A program made the translations under genes and the position numbers. This document shows, piece by piece, positions 38,641 to 50,409 of a stretch of DNA of 64,000 nucleotides. Source of the stretch: Stegostoma tigrinum (Eukaryota); NCBI RefSeq assembly GCF_030684315.1, contig NC_081362.1, forward strand, positions 64,522,586 through 64,586,585, given 5' to 3'. The stretch's first letter is position 1. Each line of letters starts with the position of its first letter. The notes beneath the pieces are model-generated. The model did not search any database, was not told where the DNA came from, and saw only the letters and a list, made by a program, of their open reading frames with translations.

Positions 38641-39876
38641 CTGTTTAACGATTTGCTACAACTGAGGTATTTCAGAGATGAGGATGGCAGATTTCTTTCC
38701 CTAAGTGAACCAGCTGGGTTTTCCCCCTGATATTCAGTAATGGTTTTGCCAATCATTAGACTCTTTATTCCAGAAATTTGTACTGAATTCAAATTCCACA
38801 GTATCTGAGAATCTGGATTAACAATAGCGATAATACCATTGCCTCCCATAATGTTGAGCTTCGTGCAATTATCGGGGAACATCCCCAGGTCTGACCTTAT
38901 GATGGAGGGAAGGTGGTGAATAAGGGGCCTGATCTTTAATCAGCCCTGATATTTGTGTCGTTGTAAGACTTGCCACACCTTTTTCTTGCAGTGCATCCTT
39001 TCCACTTCCTCACTGAAATGATAAACATCTTTTCGCTGACGGTCAAATGTCTGCTTCTCACGAGGGCCTGTCTGCTTGCCTCGAGTTTTAATCTTTTTGC
39101 TTTGCATTTGACTTGGGATCTGTTACTTTAAGTAGTATTCTCCTGCAACGTTATATAGACCTTGGAGTTAAATCTCCATATCATCCATCCCCACCATCTT
39201 TCTGAGGCCACACATACAAACCCCAGCTTTCCCAACCAGCAGGCCAATGTGCTGAGCATTTTCAGCATTGTTTACTGTTTGGCGTTTCAGATTGTCTAGG
39301 TCTGCAGCGTTTTTGTTTTGCAACTGTATGTGAATGTTCCCTCACTGCAGAAATCGTAACGAAAGCTGCAAACGTGTCTAAACAGAGTCAATTGGTATTT
39401 GCCCACTGTTTGGAAACCAGTAACCCAACCGACGGGACTGGCCAATCTTAGGAAACTCCCCTGAGCAAAGACCTTCCAGTGATTTTCAATCCATTGCCAC
39501 ACAGGAAGGGTGTGAGGAATGGTTTCGAAGGGACAGGCCAACAGATTGGTGAAATACCACAGGGATCTTCAGATCTCCGATTATCCATGAAGAACCGGCT
39601 GCTCGTATAAATTATTTGGGGTCGGATATATTTTGTACCCTAACCTCAGGCAGAAATATTTTTTAAAAATCCTGCACACAGTATTGTACAAAGCGACACT
39701 TGTGAAAAATGTAAGGCTAGGGCAAATCCTAATCGAGCTACAGAGTGCTAATGGGATTAGGGCTGGAGCACAGGAAAAAATTGCACACGCACAGTTGATG
39801 GCTTCAAACACAATCCACAAGGCTGCGGATGGAAAAACTGAAAAGCGATGAAAAACATGAGTATTATGAGAATAGT

Positions 39877-40108
39877 GATAATGGGAACTGCAGATGCTGG
39901 AGAATCCAAGATAACAAAGTGTGAAGCTGGATGAACACAGCAGGCCCAGCAGCATCTCAGGAGCACAAAAGCTGACGTTTCGGGCCTAGACCCTTCATCA
40001 GAGAGGGGGATGAGGAGAGGGTTCTGGAATAAATAGGGAGAGAGGGGGAGGCGGACCGAAGATGGAGAGAAAACAAGATAGGTGGAGAGGAGAGTATAGG
40101 TGGGGAGG
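39877..40108 (-). mobile_element. PLE 3' end fragment
   Basis: Same terminal repeat family; hammerhead core at 39974-40001. Confidence 0.88.
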
Positions 40109-43100
40109 ATACTTTATTTCCCAATTATACGAGATAACTAGCCAAACAAATTTGTTGGCCGTTTCTCGATACTGCATCAAGGTCTGGTGCCCTTCCCGTT
40201 TATATAATGCCGTGCAATTGCTCTTTCATTTCGACTTGAAATAATAAATATCAGATAAAGGCGGGGCAGACACAATTTTAATCAGGGCATGAAAAAGGAC
40301 CACACTTCAAGTCACTACCTTGGAAATTAAATGATGTGATGTGATCATTGTGTTTATTTGACAAATACTGCACTGGCTACAAAATTCTGTTTTACTGAAC
40401 GAGTCAACAAATTTGTGTTCAAACAAAGATTAAAACAATCGTGTCCCTCAAACTGTGTTTTTACAACATGCTTCGAAGGTTCAACATGACAATTGGGAGA
40501 TGTGGTGTTAAAGGAACTCCGCTTCATCTTACCTCATTTTCTCCTCCCAGACTGTAACATGAAATCGCTTCCTAAAATCTCTGTGATATTTTGCAAAACG
40601 GACGTCGCAATGTCAGGAATTTTAACCGCAGTTTTATCCTGCAGTACATTAGCTTTTCGCTTGTATCTCTCACAATAACAATTTTCAATCACTGCTCCCT
40701 CATCAGATTGGTGTGGACGGCGTAACCGAATATATCTGAACCAATATTTCGAATATTTCGATGGAAACGTAAAGGCAGTCAATGTAATAGCTGGGTCTTC
40801 AGCCCTCGGACCTCGATACTGCCGCTTTTTGGCTCTAATATAATCGTCTTTAATCATTGAAAAAAAACTAATTATTTCATGCAATTATTCAGAATCGTTT
40901 TTCTCACCGAAGCCTAAAAAGAACGGGTGTGTCTTTTTGTGTTTGTCCAAGTTATGTTAACGCGTTATGTTAACGACAATTAATTAATGTGTACGTATTA
41001 AAGTTGACAAAAATAAGGTTTCGGGTGAGAAGTGGAACAATTTGCACATTATTTCACATCCTTTTTCTCTTTCACTGAATAAAGCGCTGTACGCTTGTCA
41101 GAACATTAAAACAATCTTCATTTGGGGATTCTTAATGTCCTAATATTAATTGGATGGGGACATGTGGCTATTTTAACGTGTGATGGCAGTGTAAATTTTG
41201 TTTATTTGGAATGATGCCCCTCATTTTCTCACTTGGTGGTTAGAACTATTTCCCTGTTTCGGGAAGGGAAGCAGCGGTATCGTTTTAGAATTTAGCTCTA
41301 GTCCTAGCGTGGAGACCTTCAAATGATCAGCATTCAACCGTACCTGAAATTCCAAACCAGAAATTGTTCTTCACAAGGTAAAGCATCTGCATCGCCTGAC
41401 CTCAACCGCTTTCCTACAGGCGCTTGAAAGTGTATTTTTTTTGTAATGTGTAATGGATAATGAATATTTAACATAAAAGTTCTCGGAATCAAATTTAATA
41501 GTCATAACATTGAAGTATTCTTAGTTTGAAACTTGCTCTCTGGTAACACGAGTCAGTAAATTGACCTTTCTTATTGTAATTGTAACGAGGAACTTGCTCT
41601 TTAAGCGTCGACGTTTACAATCAAGCTATCACTCTGTAAAGTTGCTGAGAATGTACAATCTAACAATTTCACGCTATCGCCTTTAATGATAAACTGCGTT
41701 TGGTGACATTTAGCAAGTCCAGTTGCTTTTAAGAAACGGGAGAGCCGAGTCTCCCACTTGAAGATCTCTGGCATTAGGAGTGAAATGTGTTTATAGTCAC
41801 ATGTACGACCCATCTACGTTGGTCTATTAATACCCGGCAGATTAAAGACTGAAACCCAATCCAATGCTAAATTTGGTTCATTCGTAAACTGCTGTCACGC
41901 CCCATTCGTCCAATAACTCTCCGTTCTCGAGCTACCCACCGGGATACGGTTGCTTCGCACCGGTTCCACTGTCTATATGCAGAACCCAGATTACGAATCA
42001 CGTTAATTCATGTTTGAAATTCGTCACATTCGGGTCCTTAGATGTGTGTGTGTTTCAGAGAGGGCTGCGTCTCGGCAAATTCCTGGAATGTTAGAAGGGA
42101 GGGTTTGTGCTGGTGTTGGAATAACACAGGCAGTCCGCTCAGGCAGGCCAGAGCGTCACCTCCGAAATGAATCATGTGAAAAATAAATCTTTGCAATTAG
42201 TCCTGAGGTGGAGGAAACATTTCAGCGAGAAAGATATAAACAAACGAAAGGGAAGTTGAGTTGGAGAATGGCTTTCCCGCCTCAGCAAAATCCCTGGAAA
42301 CAATATCCACAGCGACTGATTGCAAAGCAACAAGATTAAGGCTAACCATGTTATATTCTGACACTTCAAAGCACACCGGCTTTAATATATCCCCGGTCAT
42401 GTGGTTCACTGAGATCATACCCTCTGCCTCCTCCTCACCCACAGAAATTAAATTTTCCAACTGCCATGTTCATATTCGGTTTTTGTTTACTCGTTATAAA
42501 GGAATTTAAATCACGATTCTTGAACCTTTATTTCTAAAACAGTTGCTGGGAACGGGTGTGTCTTTTTGTATTTGTCCAAGTTGAACGGGGGCGCTTCAGG
42601 GGCATGTATTAAAATGAACACTTTCCTTGTCGGTCTGGGCTACAGTCCACGAGATGGTGTATATGAATTGGATTTAGTGCAAGGGTGAGAATGGTGTGGT
42701 TCGCTGGTACCACACCGCTGTGTTTTATTGCAAACGTGACCAGTGGAGGCTGACTCGGTTATATTGTAGAGAACATTGGCGCAATTTGTCTACACGACAG
42801 TTGTCTGCTGTGGGTAATTGAGCAGTGGGAATAGTTTCGCTCTGAAACGAGCTGGATTTATTACTTTCAGTGCTCTTGTCAGTATCTCAGGTCACAACGT
42901 GAAACAGTAGATGGCGTATTTCTTAATTGCCAAAGATCATTTCTGCACTTTCGGTCACCACAATGTGTTTCTTGTTCCGACAGTACCACACCAACCACAG
43001 CAAAGCAAAATGTACCATCAAAGTCGACCTATCCTCAGTAAACCGCAAACTTAAAAAGAAGGCAAGACTTCTTTTGTTTAAAATAGAAATCGCCTTAAAG

Positions 43101-43847
43101 CAATTTATGAATGAATAAAAATTCCATATAAATTAACAGGAAGGCCTCAAGTTTCAGACTCACAAAGGAACTGCGAGAAATATATTGTACAATGATTTGG
43201 GACTTTTGTAGCCGATATGATTCAAGCAAAAAGATTTGGAATCATGCAAGGGTTGAAGCCTAGTGAACACGCAAACTAAAACAGAGGCAGCAAACACCAG
43301 AAACTGGCAGAAAAAGAAACAGTCTGGGTGTTTGAAATGTGGACGCTTCACCAGTGTTCTTCAGCCTCCTTTACAAGATGTATCAGCGTTCATTCAACTT
43401 ATTTCACACGCCCCTTTTCCACGAGGCAATGTTAGTTTTTTTCCGAAAAAAAATGGCAAATTCATATGTAGGATGCAACGGGTGTTCATTGGAATTCTGC
43501 TGTTTGGTGACGGTGAAGTCTTCCTTTAACCGCCTCCTTTAACAATCTATAATCGCCCACTTCAGATAATCAAAACACTCTTCCGAAGAAGGATCATACT
43601 GGACTCGAAAATTTCTGTTTCTTTCTCCACAAACCTGCTTAGTTTAACACTTCTCGCGTTTACTTCACCTCACGTATTTTGCAGAAAAAAGTCCTGTTAG
43701 GTTTCTCTATAAATGTTATATACTATCCACTTGTTAAACTGGGAGATGCAGGAAGGACTGCACAACGCAACATTGCGAATAGCCGTGGAGGGTTTAAAAA
43801 CGCCCTATTTAAAACCAGCTTCATAACAAAATAAGTTGGTTTTAATT

Positions 43848-43944
43848 CCTCTCTGATGAAGGGTCTAGGCCCGAAACGTCAGCTTTTGTGCTCCTGAGAT
43901 GCTGCTTGGCCTGCTGTGTTCATCCAGCCTCACATTTTATTATC
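43848..43944 (+). mobile_element. ~100-bp PLE mini-insertion (hammerhead plus short 3' flank)
   Basis: Matches 24748-24844; 12-bp TSD ttggttttaatt at 43836-43847 and 43945-43956. Confidence 0.92.
43853..43880 (+). ncRNA. Minimal hammerhead core upstream of PKDCC
   Basis: CTGATGAAGGGTCTAGGCCCGAAACGTC, same as the young family core. Confidence 0.75.
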
Positions 43945-44519
43945 TTGGTTTTAATTTATTTGGCGCTCTTCATTTCTAATGTCTCAGATTTGAGGAAGTG
44001 CGCATTATAAAATAGCATGAAAAAAAGCATCACACACTCCTTTTGCATCTTTGCTGGTTTGATTCTCAATGCACGGCGATTCTTGCTTTCCCTTTTCCTA
44101 AAACGCTATTACTTCGAGCTTCCAATAATAGCATCGACGCTCCTTCGGAGAGAAAAAAAACTCGAACAGGATTCAGCGATGGTTGCACAAGCCAAACCTT
44201 GCAGATCGCACGGTGGGCTACAAATGTTGCCGACTGGATAGGGTTTGCATGTGGTAAGTTATCCCGCATGACCCATTGACTTTAAACAGACGTTTCAGCA
44301 AGTAAACTGTAACATTTGCTGACAACACTAATGAATAACCTGGATGAAAAGCTGCCTTATGATGTCCAGGTTTGTGCGCCCTTCGTTTATTACCAGTCAT
44401 CAATTATCGCACTAATCAAAACATTTGTTATGTTTTGCCTCTTTCCGGCTCCTCCAGAATTTGAAACATGATTGCATTTGTTAATTAGTCGCTAATAGCG
44501 AGGTAATGTGCGCTTGATG

Positions 44520-45000
44520 GATAACCGTGTCATTGCCAATCACAACGCCCATTCATATTCCCAGCGGCGTGAGGCGGGGTCTGTGTTCGTGTTGTCACGT
44601 GTGCAAGCAGACGGGGCGGGGCGAGGAGGCACCGCCTGGTCACCGCTAAATGATTGACATGGGGGATAGCCCATAAACGTGGGACATGGGCGGCGTATGC
44701 GCTTTGAATGGTTGAGATCGGCGTTGTTGGCGGGCGTACCAATCGCACGCGTCCCCTGGGCCACGAGCAGGAGCATGGCGTCGCTATGTACTTCGGGATC
44801 TGCAGTCCCGAGCAGCCTGGGCCTTCACTTGACTGAGTGAAAGGACTACAACCCCCAAGATGCCATGCTGGGGCCACACCGCCTGGCTCTTCTAAGCCTG
44901 TCAATCAGCACGCGTCATGCAGCTTTGCTTATCAAGGTTTGGTGGGTGGGGGGGCGGGTGGAATGGGGGGAACCGAAGGGGGAGCAGCCAATGTGAAGAA
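44520..45000 (+). promoter_or_regulatory. CpG-rich putative PKDCC promoter
   Basis: Dense CpG; CCAAT boxes (~44536, ~44739, ~44989); GC boxes (gaggcgggg ~44571, ggggcggggcg ~44613); E-box CACGTG ~44597; directly upstream of exon 1. TSS not determinable. Confidence 0.7.
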
Positions 45001-45146
45001 TAGATCAGGAAAGGGAAAAAAAATCCCTCAAGTGTTATCTTGCCTGCAGGGTAGAAATTTTACTGTACAATGTGAAAACTCCAGTTTCAAACAGCCGCTT
45101 TGCATAAGGGCTTCGCACAAAGTTCTTTCTCAGATTCAGCAACGAA

Positions 45147-45854
45147 ATGAAACGCAGAAAGATTGCCATCGCCGCTGGGTTTTGCTGTTCATTCTTCCTG
45201 GGCACTTTATTGAATTTGTTATTTATCCCTGGATTTGACCATCACCATCATCAGCAGCAGCAGCGTTTTGAGGGACCAGGGCAAGATCACCTCAGCATCG
45301 TCCCATCCACGTATTTCAATCGGGGGACCGACCAAGACCTGTTGAAGCAACTGAAAGAAAGGTACCAGGAGGTTGTCCGCTATCGGCAGCAGCCTGGCTC
45401 CACAGCGGCTGCAGGGAGGCTCGCTAGACCGCTAGAGAGGCGCCTGATGGACCTAGCACAGAACAGTTCCCCCGACCAACTGCAACCCCAGCATCAGCCG
45501 CAACCACAGAGCCACACCGGTTTCCAGAAGAACCGGCTACTGACTGCGCCCGGGGAAAGTGCCTTCGCCTCGAGCAGTCCGATTCGGTTCCATTCGCTTC
45601 CCCTGGGCTGTCGGGATATTAATAACGCGAGCAGTGTCCATTATTTAGGCTCTGGCTACACAAAGGCGGTGTACAAAGCAGTTCTGAATGAAACGCTGGC
45701 GGTGGCCTTAAAGTCGGTGGACTTTGGAGGACATGACATGGAAAACTGTGTCAAGCAGTACGGGGCACTGGAAGATTGCTACAGACTAGCATCGTACAAA
45801 CTTGTCAAAGAGATGACACTATTACAACGGCTCCAGCACTCAAACATTCTAAAG
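45147..45854 (+). CDS. PKDCC: PKDCC/VLK coding exon 1 (236 codons): signal/anchor peptide, His/Gln/Pro-rich stem, kinase N-lobe
   Basis: ATG at 45147; MKRRKIAIAAGFCCSFFLGTLLNLLFIPG resembles the vertebrate PKDCC N-terminus; Gly-loop YLGSGYTKAVY, VALK lysine, CYRLASYKLVKEM; phase-0 donor AAG|gtaagt after 45854. Confidence 0.96.
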
Positions 45855-48800
45855 GTAAGTGGCAGCACTGTCCATCAGTAACCTGTTGGAGCCATTTCTT
45901 ACTGGGAGGACTGAAAAGATTCGGTTTATTTGGGGATTGATTTCTTTGCTCAGTGAGTCATTTTTGAAAAGCCATCCATCTGTCGGATCTGTGTTGGAAA
46001 ATATGCAGAGGACTTCATGACAACGTTGTTAACCTGACATTCTCTTCAGTCATTCACGACTGATGTGAAAGCACAAACATTTCAGTTCATTAAATATATT
46101 TATCTCATGTCCGTGTGTCACTGGGTTGGCTTTTTCACGGTATTTGAGCTGATTCAATATTAAGACCGATCATTCGGCATCATTTCAGATGGTAATGTGA
46201 CTGTGGAATTAGGTGGCAGGATTAACATGGATTCTCAACAGGAATTCACTTTTTAATTTTGCGCTGAAATTTCATTCTTTGCATGTAAATTTAAGTTTTT
46301 ATAATTAAATTGAGCTATGACGTGGTTGCATTTCTTTCTGCTGTCCGGAATTTATATTGTATTATAACCTGACCTTTAGGAAATAATTCCTTCTGGAGTT
46401 TTGTAATGGCTGAGACTGAGGGGGTGGGTTTGGAATGGAGAAGAAGGAAGAGGTAAGGGCGGCAGCCTCTTACGGATGAACTACCCGGGGAGATGGGCTG
46501 AATGTTTTCCTTCCAGTTGCAGTCTGCTTGCCTCCTTTTGCTTTTAGGGTTCCTGCCCAGCACCGGAGATTGACTCCGCGTTGAAGCGCACTTTGGCTGA
46601 TAATGTGGGCTGCATTGCCAGCGCTGTGTGCGGAACCCTCTTCTTTGAACCGGCTGAGTTTAAAGCGGCCGCAGTGTGGCTCAGACGGTCGCTGCCTGGA
46701 TTGGGGTCGATTTTGTTTCAATCACCGCTGGTTGAAACGGCGCATCAGCTGAGCTGCAGAGGTTATTTCTCTGCCAGTGGAAATCAGTAAATCATTTGCT
46801 GCGGCATTACCCGCAGCGGGCTGCAATGCAATTGACGCTGGCTGTCTCGGCAGTACTTTAAAATAAAAATCACGCTGCATTTAGAACATCGGTCTGTTTA
46901 TAAAGCCAAGCACTTCACTCAACACCACGTAGCCCATGACAGTTTTTAGAAGCACACAGACATTACGCAAATATATCCGTTCAATTTTTAATGAATTTGT
47001 CAGATTACCTGTTGTATATCCAATGCCCCTGACCAGCATATAGGATCTCCCTCCCCCGTCTCTCGGGGCTAAATTCACTTTCACACATTTGTAAAACAAA
47101 CTTGCGTCCATTCAGCCCTTTTAATTCAATCCGTCGTTTCCCGCATGCTTTCAGTCAGCAGCACGGGGTTGATCTGTACCATTTTCTTCCCACGTTACTT
47201 GAATGGGGTGGGTTTCTCCAGACGTTCGTACATAGAAGGAGGACCGTACATGCAATCGGATGACAAAAAGGAGGACAGAATATTCGTACACATATACTCA
47301 AGAACTTTTTTGTGTGTGTATATGTGGGGTTGGGGGTTGAGGCAGATGTATTTGTATTCCCACTAATAAGAAGTGTCAAGTGCTGTTGATCCAGTTTCTA
47401 TAGTAACCGTCTTTCCGTTCTTTATTACGGAGAGGGATTTCACGGGATGCCCAGTTTAAAGTGTAATGTGCAAGAGAATGGGGAAGTTCTGTATTGTTCA
47501 GAGCAGATCTATCCCTTAAGCCTTGTACAATCCACCCAGTGCTGAAGCCGACTTCAAATAGAAATGTGTCCCATCATCAGCAAGAAGGTTTAATCTCGAG
47601 AGGAAAGCGGGCTTTTCTGGGCAAAGCTGCTTTTACAATTGCAATTGCTCAGGGCAATAATCCATTATTTGTGTGTTTGTATGGATAGATGTTGTAATTT
47701 AAAATATACCAGCAAAATGTCCTCTAGGGCTATAACAAATCCAGTTTCCATCCCCGCTGTTCGAGGGATTGGCGAGATTATATTTAAAATGCAAATCAGG
47801 CCGAATTCTAACACCCAGTAAAACGTTGCACTCGCCCGACTCTCCAGTTCTGCCCGCCACTCCCAGATTAAGAACAGCACCAAATGTGCCCATGTGAAGG
47901 CTATCCAGCAGCCGCAGGGCTGTGAGGGTTGTCAGTCAGTTGAATTGAAAGTGGGCTTTCAAGGAAAAAAACGACCCTCAGTGAGCCAATATTTGTATTT
48001 TATTTCGGGTGAAATTACGTCCGATTATCAGATAGGTCTCAGAGTGGAGGCAAAACCTGCGAAAAACCATTCCTAAAGCTAGGTAGAAACGGATAGACTG
48101 CATTACTGGTGCAAGCCTGAGAATAGTGAAAAGGCGCGCCCCACAATATTACTAAATCATATTCTGAAGCAGCGTCACTAGAGGCGATACGTTTAACTCT
48201 GCTTTCTCTCCACAGATGCTGTCGGACCTGCTGAATTTATCCAGCAAGTTCCATTTTGTTTTAGCACTAGGTGACAGCTCCTCGTTGCTGTTAAAAATAA
48301 ACCAGCCTTAGTAGCCTACGAACTACCCTTGTTTATTAGGCGAAGACTGAATTGTACAGAAATTGCCGGGAAACCTCAGCAGCAGGTGGGGAGAAAGCAG
48401 AGTTAAGTCCTGGGTGACCCGTCTTCAGAACATAGTATCACAGTGCTGTTGCGACCCATCCACCACTCTCAGGCTTGTTGTGCTGTTTGTACACTAGTAA
48501 CGCAGCCCATGTTTTATTCTGTCTGGATTGTTGTGGTAAAGTCACTGGACTAGTAATCTAGACTTTGAGATTAATGTTTTGGGAAAATGAGCTCGAATCC
48601 CATTAGTACAGTTGATGAAATTTGAACTCGTTATAATAATGGAATAAAAGAACTTGTCTCATGGCGATTGTGTTGTCATAAAAAGAAATCCATCTGGTTC
48701 ACTGATGCCCTTTGGGGAGGGAAATGTACTGTCCTGCTTTCATTCGGGCCTACACGTGAGTCTGGACCTGCCGCAGTGTGGTTGACTCTTAACGTCCTTC

Positions 48801-50249
48801 AATGGTGGCCGAATCAGTGACACCCGTGAATGAATACAATAAAACAAAACAAAATCGAGCCGATTGCATTTTGTTAAATTTCCCCTGGCGAAAAAGGCCA
48901 ACACAAAACTAAACCGACAGATCAGAAACCTCAGACATGATACCGTAAATTAGTTCCAATTTGTACTTTGCCTTGACTTTTTTTTCAAAGTGTTTGTCTT
49001 TATTGAAGTACATTAGGTGGGTCGTGAAGATTGAACTGCATCTGGTTCGCTGCCCAGTGGTACGTTCATGTGCCTGATGGTCTCCCAGAAGACACTGGAG
49101 GGATCCTTTAAAACAGTCAGCGCCTGAAGTTTTGATATAGTGGATGGTGACGATATTAAACGACTGTTATTGCAAATAAACCGCAAACTTATTTATTTGG
49201 GAGGGAGGATGACGGTCCGTTCCTAAATCGTTGATTTGTTCTCACGCCCGTTCAGTAAACTAAGGAGATTTCCTTGGAAAGCAGCGGTCAGGAATGTGCA
49301 TGAACTGCTGCCGTTTGGTGAAGCTGCTTCATGTTCTCTCACACTATGACCCAGGTGGCCATTTGGGAAGAAAGCTGTCCAGAAATCAGACTTACTCATA
49401 GGAGGGAAATGTCAGTTTCCCGCGAGGTGGGCTGAATTAAAAAAAAGGTTCGGGTTGAAACTGGACAGAGCGCGCTCGATGTGGCTCACTGATTTATGGT
49501 TAGACCTTTAACCAGTACAAATTACACCGGCTGTAGCACTTAAAAAGAGAATGTCCCCTGGCCTCGCAGCTTTTATCTCTCGTAATCATTAACCTCCCGT
49601 CATTCCAACTTTTGCACCTTGTCTTGGCTTGTTTTTACCCGGTAAATTAACTCCTTCATTACAACATTTTTTTTAGAAAATGCACCAATCCTGGAACTCC
49701 AAAATTCTCAGTGTCTAGACTCCCACACACCGAAGAATGCGTAATTTCCCCGTTAGTGACCTAATCTGAGGCATTTGAAGGAATGTGAAGAAGTGCAGTA
49801 ACCTATTATTACATCTTACTGTTAAGTAGGGCATCGTGGAGTAATATTTCAAGAATGCAGAAAAGTAAAAAAAAATTCATTACGTTTCTGCGTGTTCGAT
49901 ATATGTGCCTGCACTTTTGGTTTTCAAGAAATCGAGATTTTTTTGTGTCTAACCTACCCCCTATCCAATTAAAGCAGATGTTAATCCGCTCCTGACATCC
50001 GAAGCGTGTTCATTCCTGTATTTATTGACCAGAATTTACCTCTCAGAGCTGGCAGTCTGCAATGGATGGATGAGCTGAATCGACAAACCAATTCGTGGTT
50101 GACGCCCGGCTCCCTGAGTTCGCCGACGTTACTGTGTGGAAAGTGGTATTTTAGTGAAAGATGTTATTAATGCAATCAGATCCCATCCTGTGTTATTCCT
50201 GCTGCAAGCTGCGGTACAGATGAAGCAAGCCGGTCAGATACTGAATCAG

Positions 50250-50409
50250 AGACAGTAGGAACTGCAGATGCTGGAGAATCCGAGATAACAAAGTGTGGAG
50301 CTGGATGAATACAGCAGGCCAAGCAGCATCTTGGGAGCAGGAAGGCTGACGTTTCGGGCGAAGACCCTGCTTGGCCTGCTGTGTTCATCCAGCTCCATAC
50401 CTTGTTATC
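50250..50409. mobile_element. Miniature inverted PLE-end insertion in PKDCC intron 1
   Basis: Minus-strand tail plus terminal repeat, then an inverted ~45-bp copy; 16-bp TSD tcagatactgaatcag at 50234-50249 and 50410-50425. Confidence 0.9.

Noticed and set aside
44837-45238. 133-aa ORF overlapping the PKDCC start
   Set aside because: Called from a GTG start, no recognisable domain, expected by chance in GC-rich promoter/UTR DNA.
45855-45881. ORF-track extension VSGSTVHQ* as the PKDCC C-terminus
   Set aside because: Read-through into intron 1 past a consensus donor; the N-terminal extensions of ORFs 57261 and 60015 are likewise intronic.
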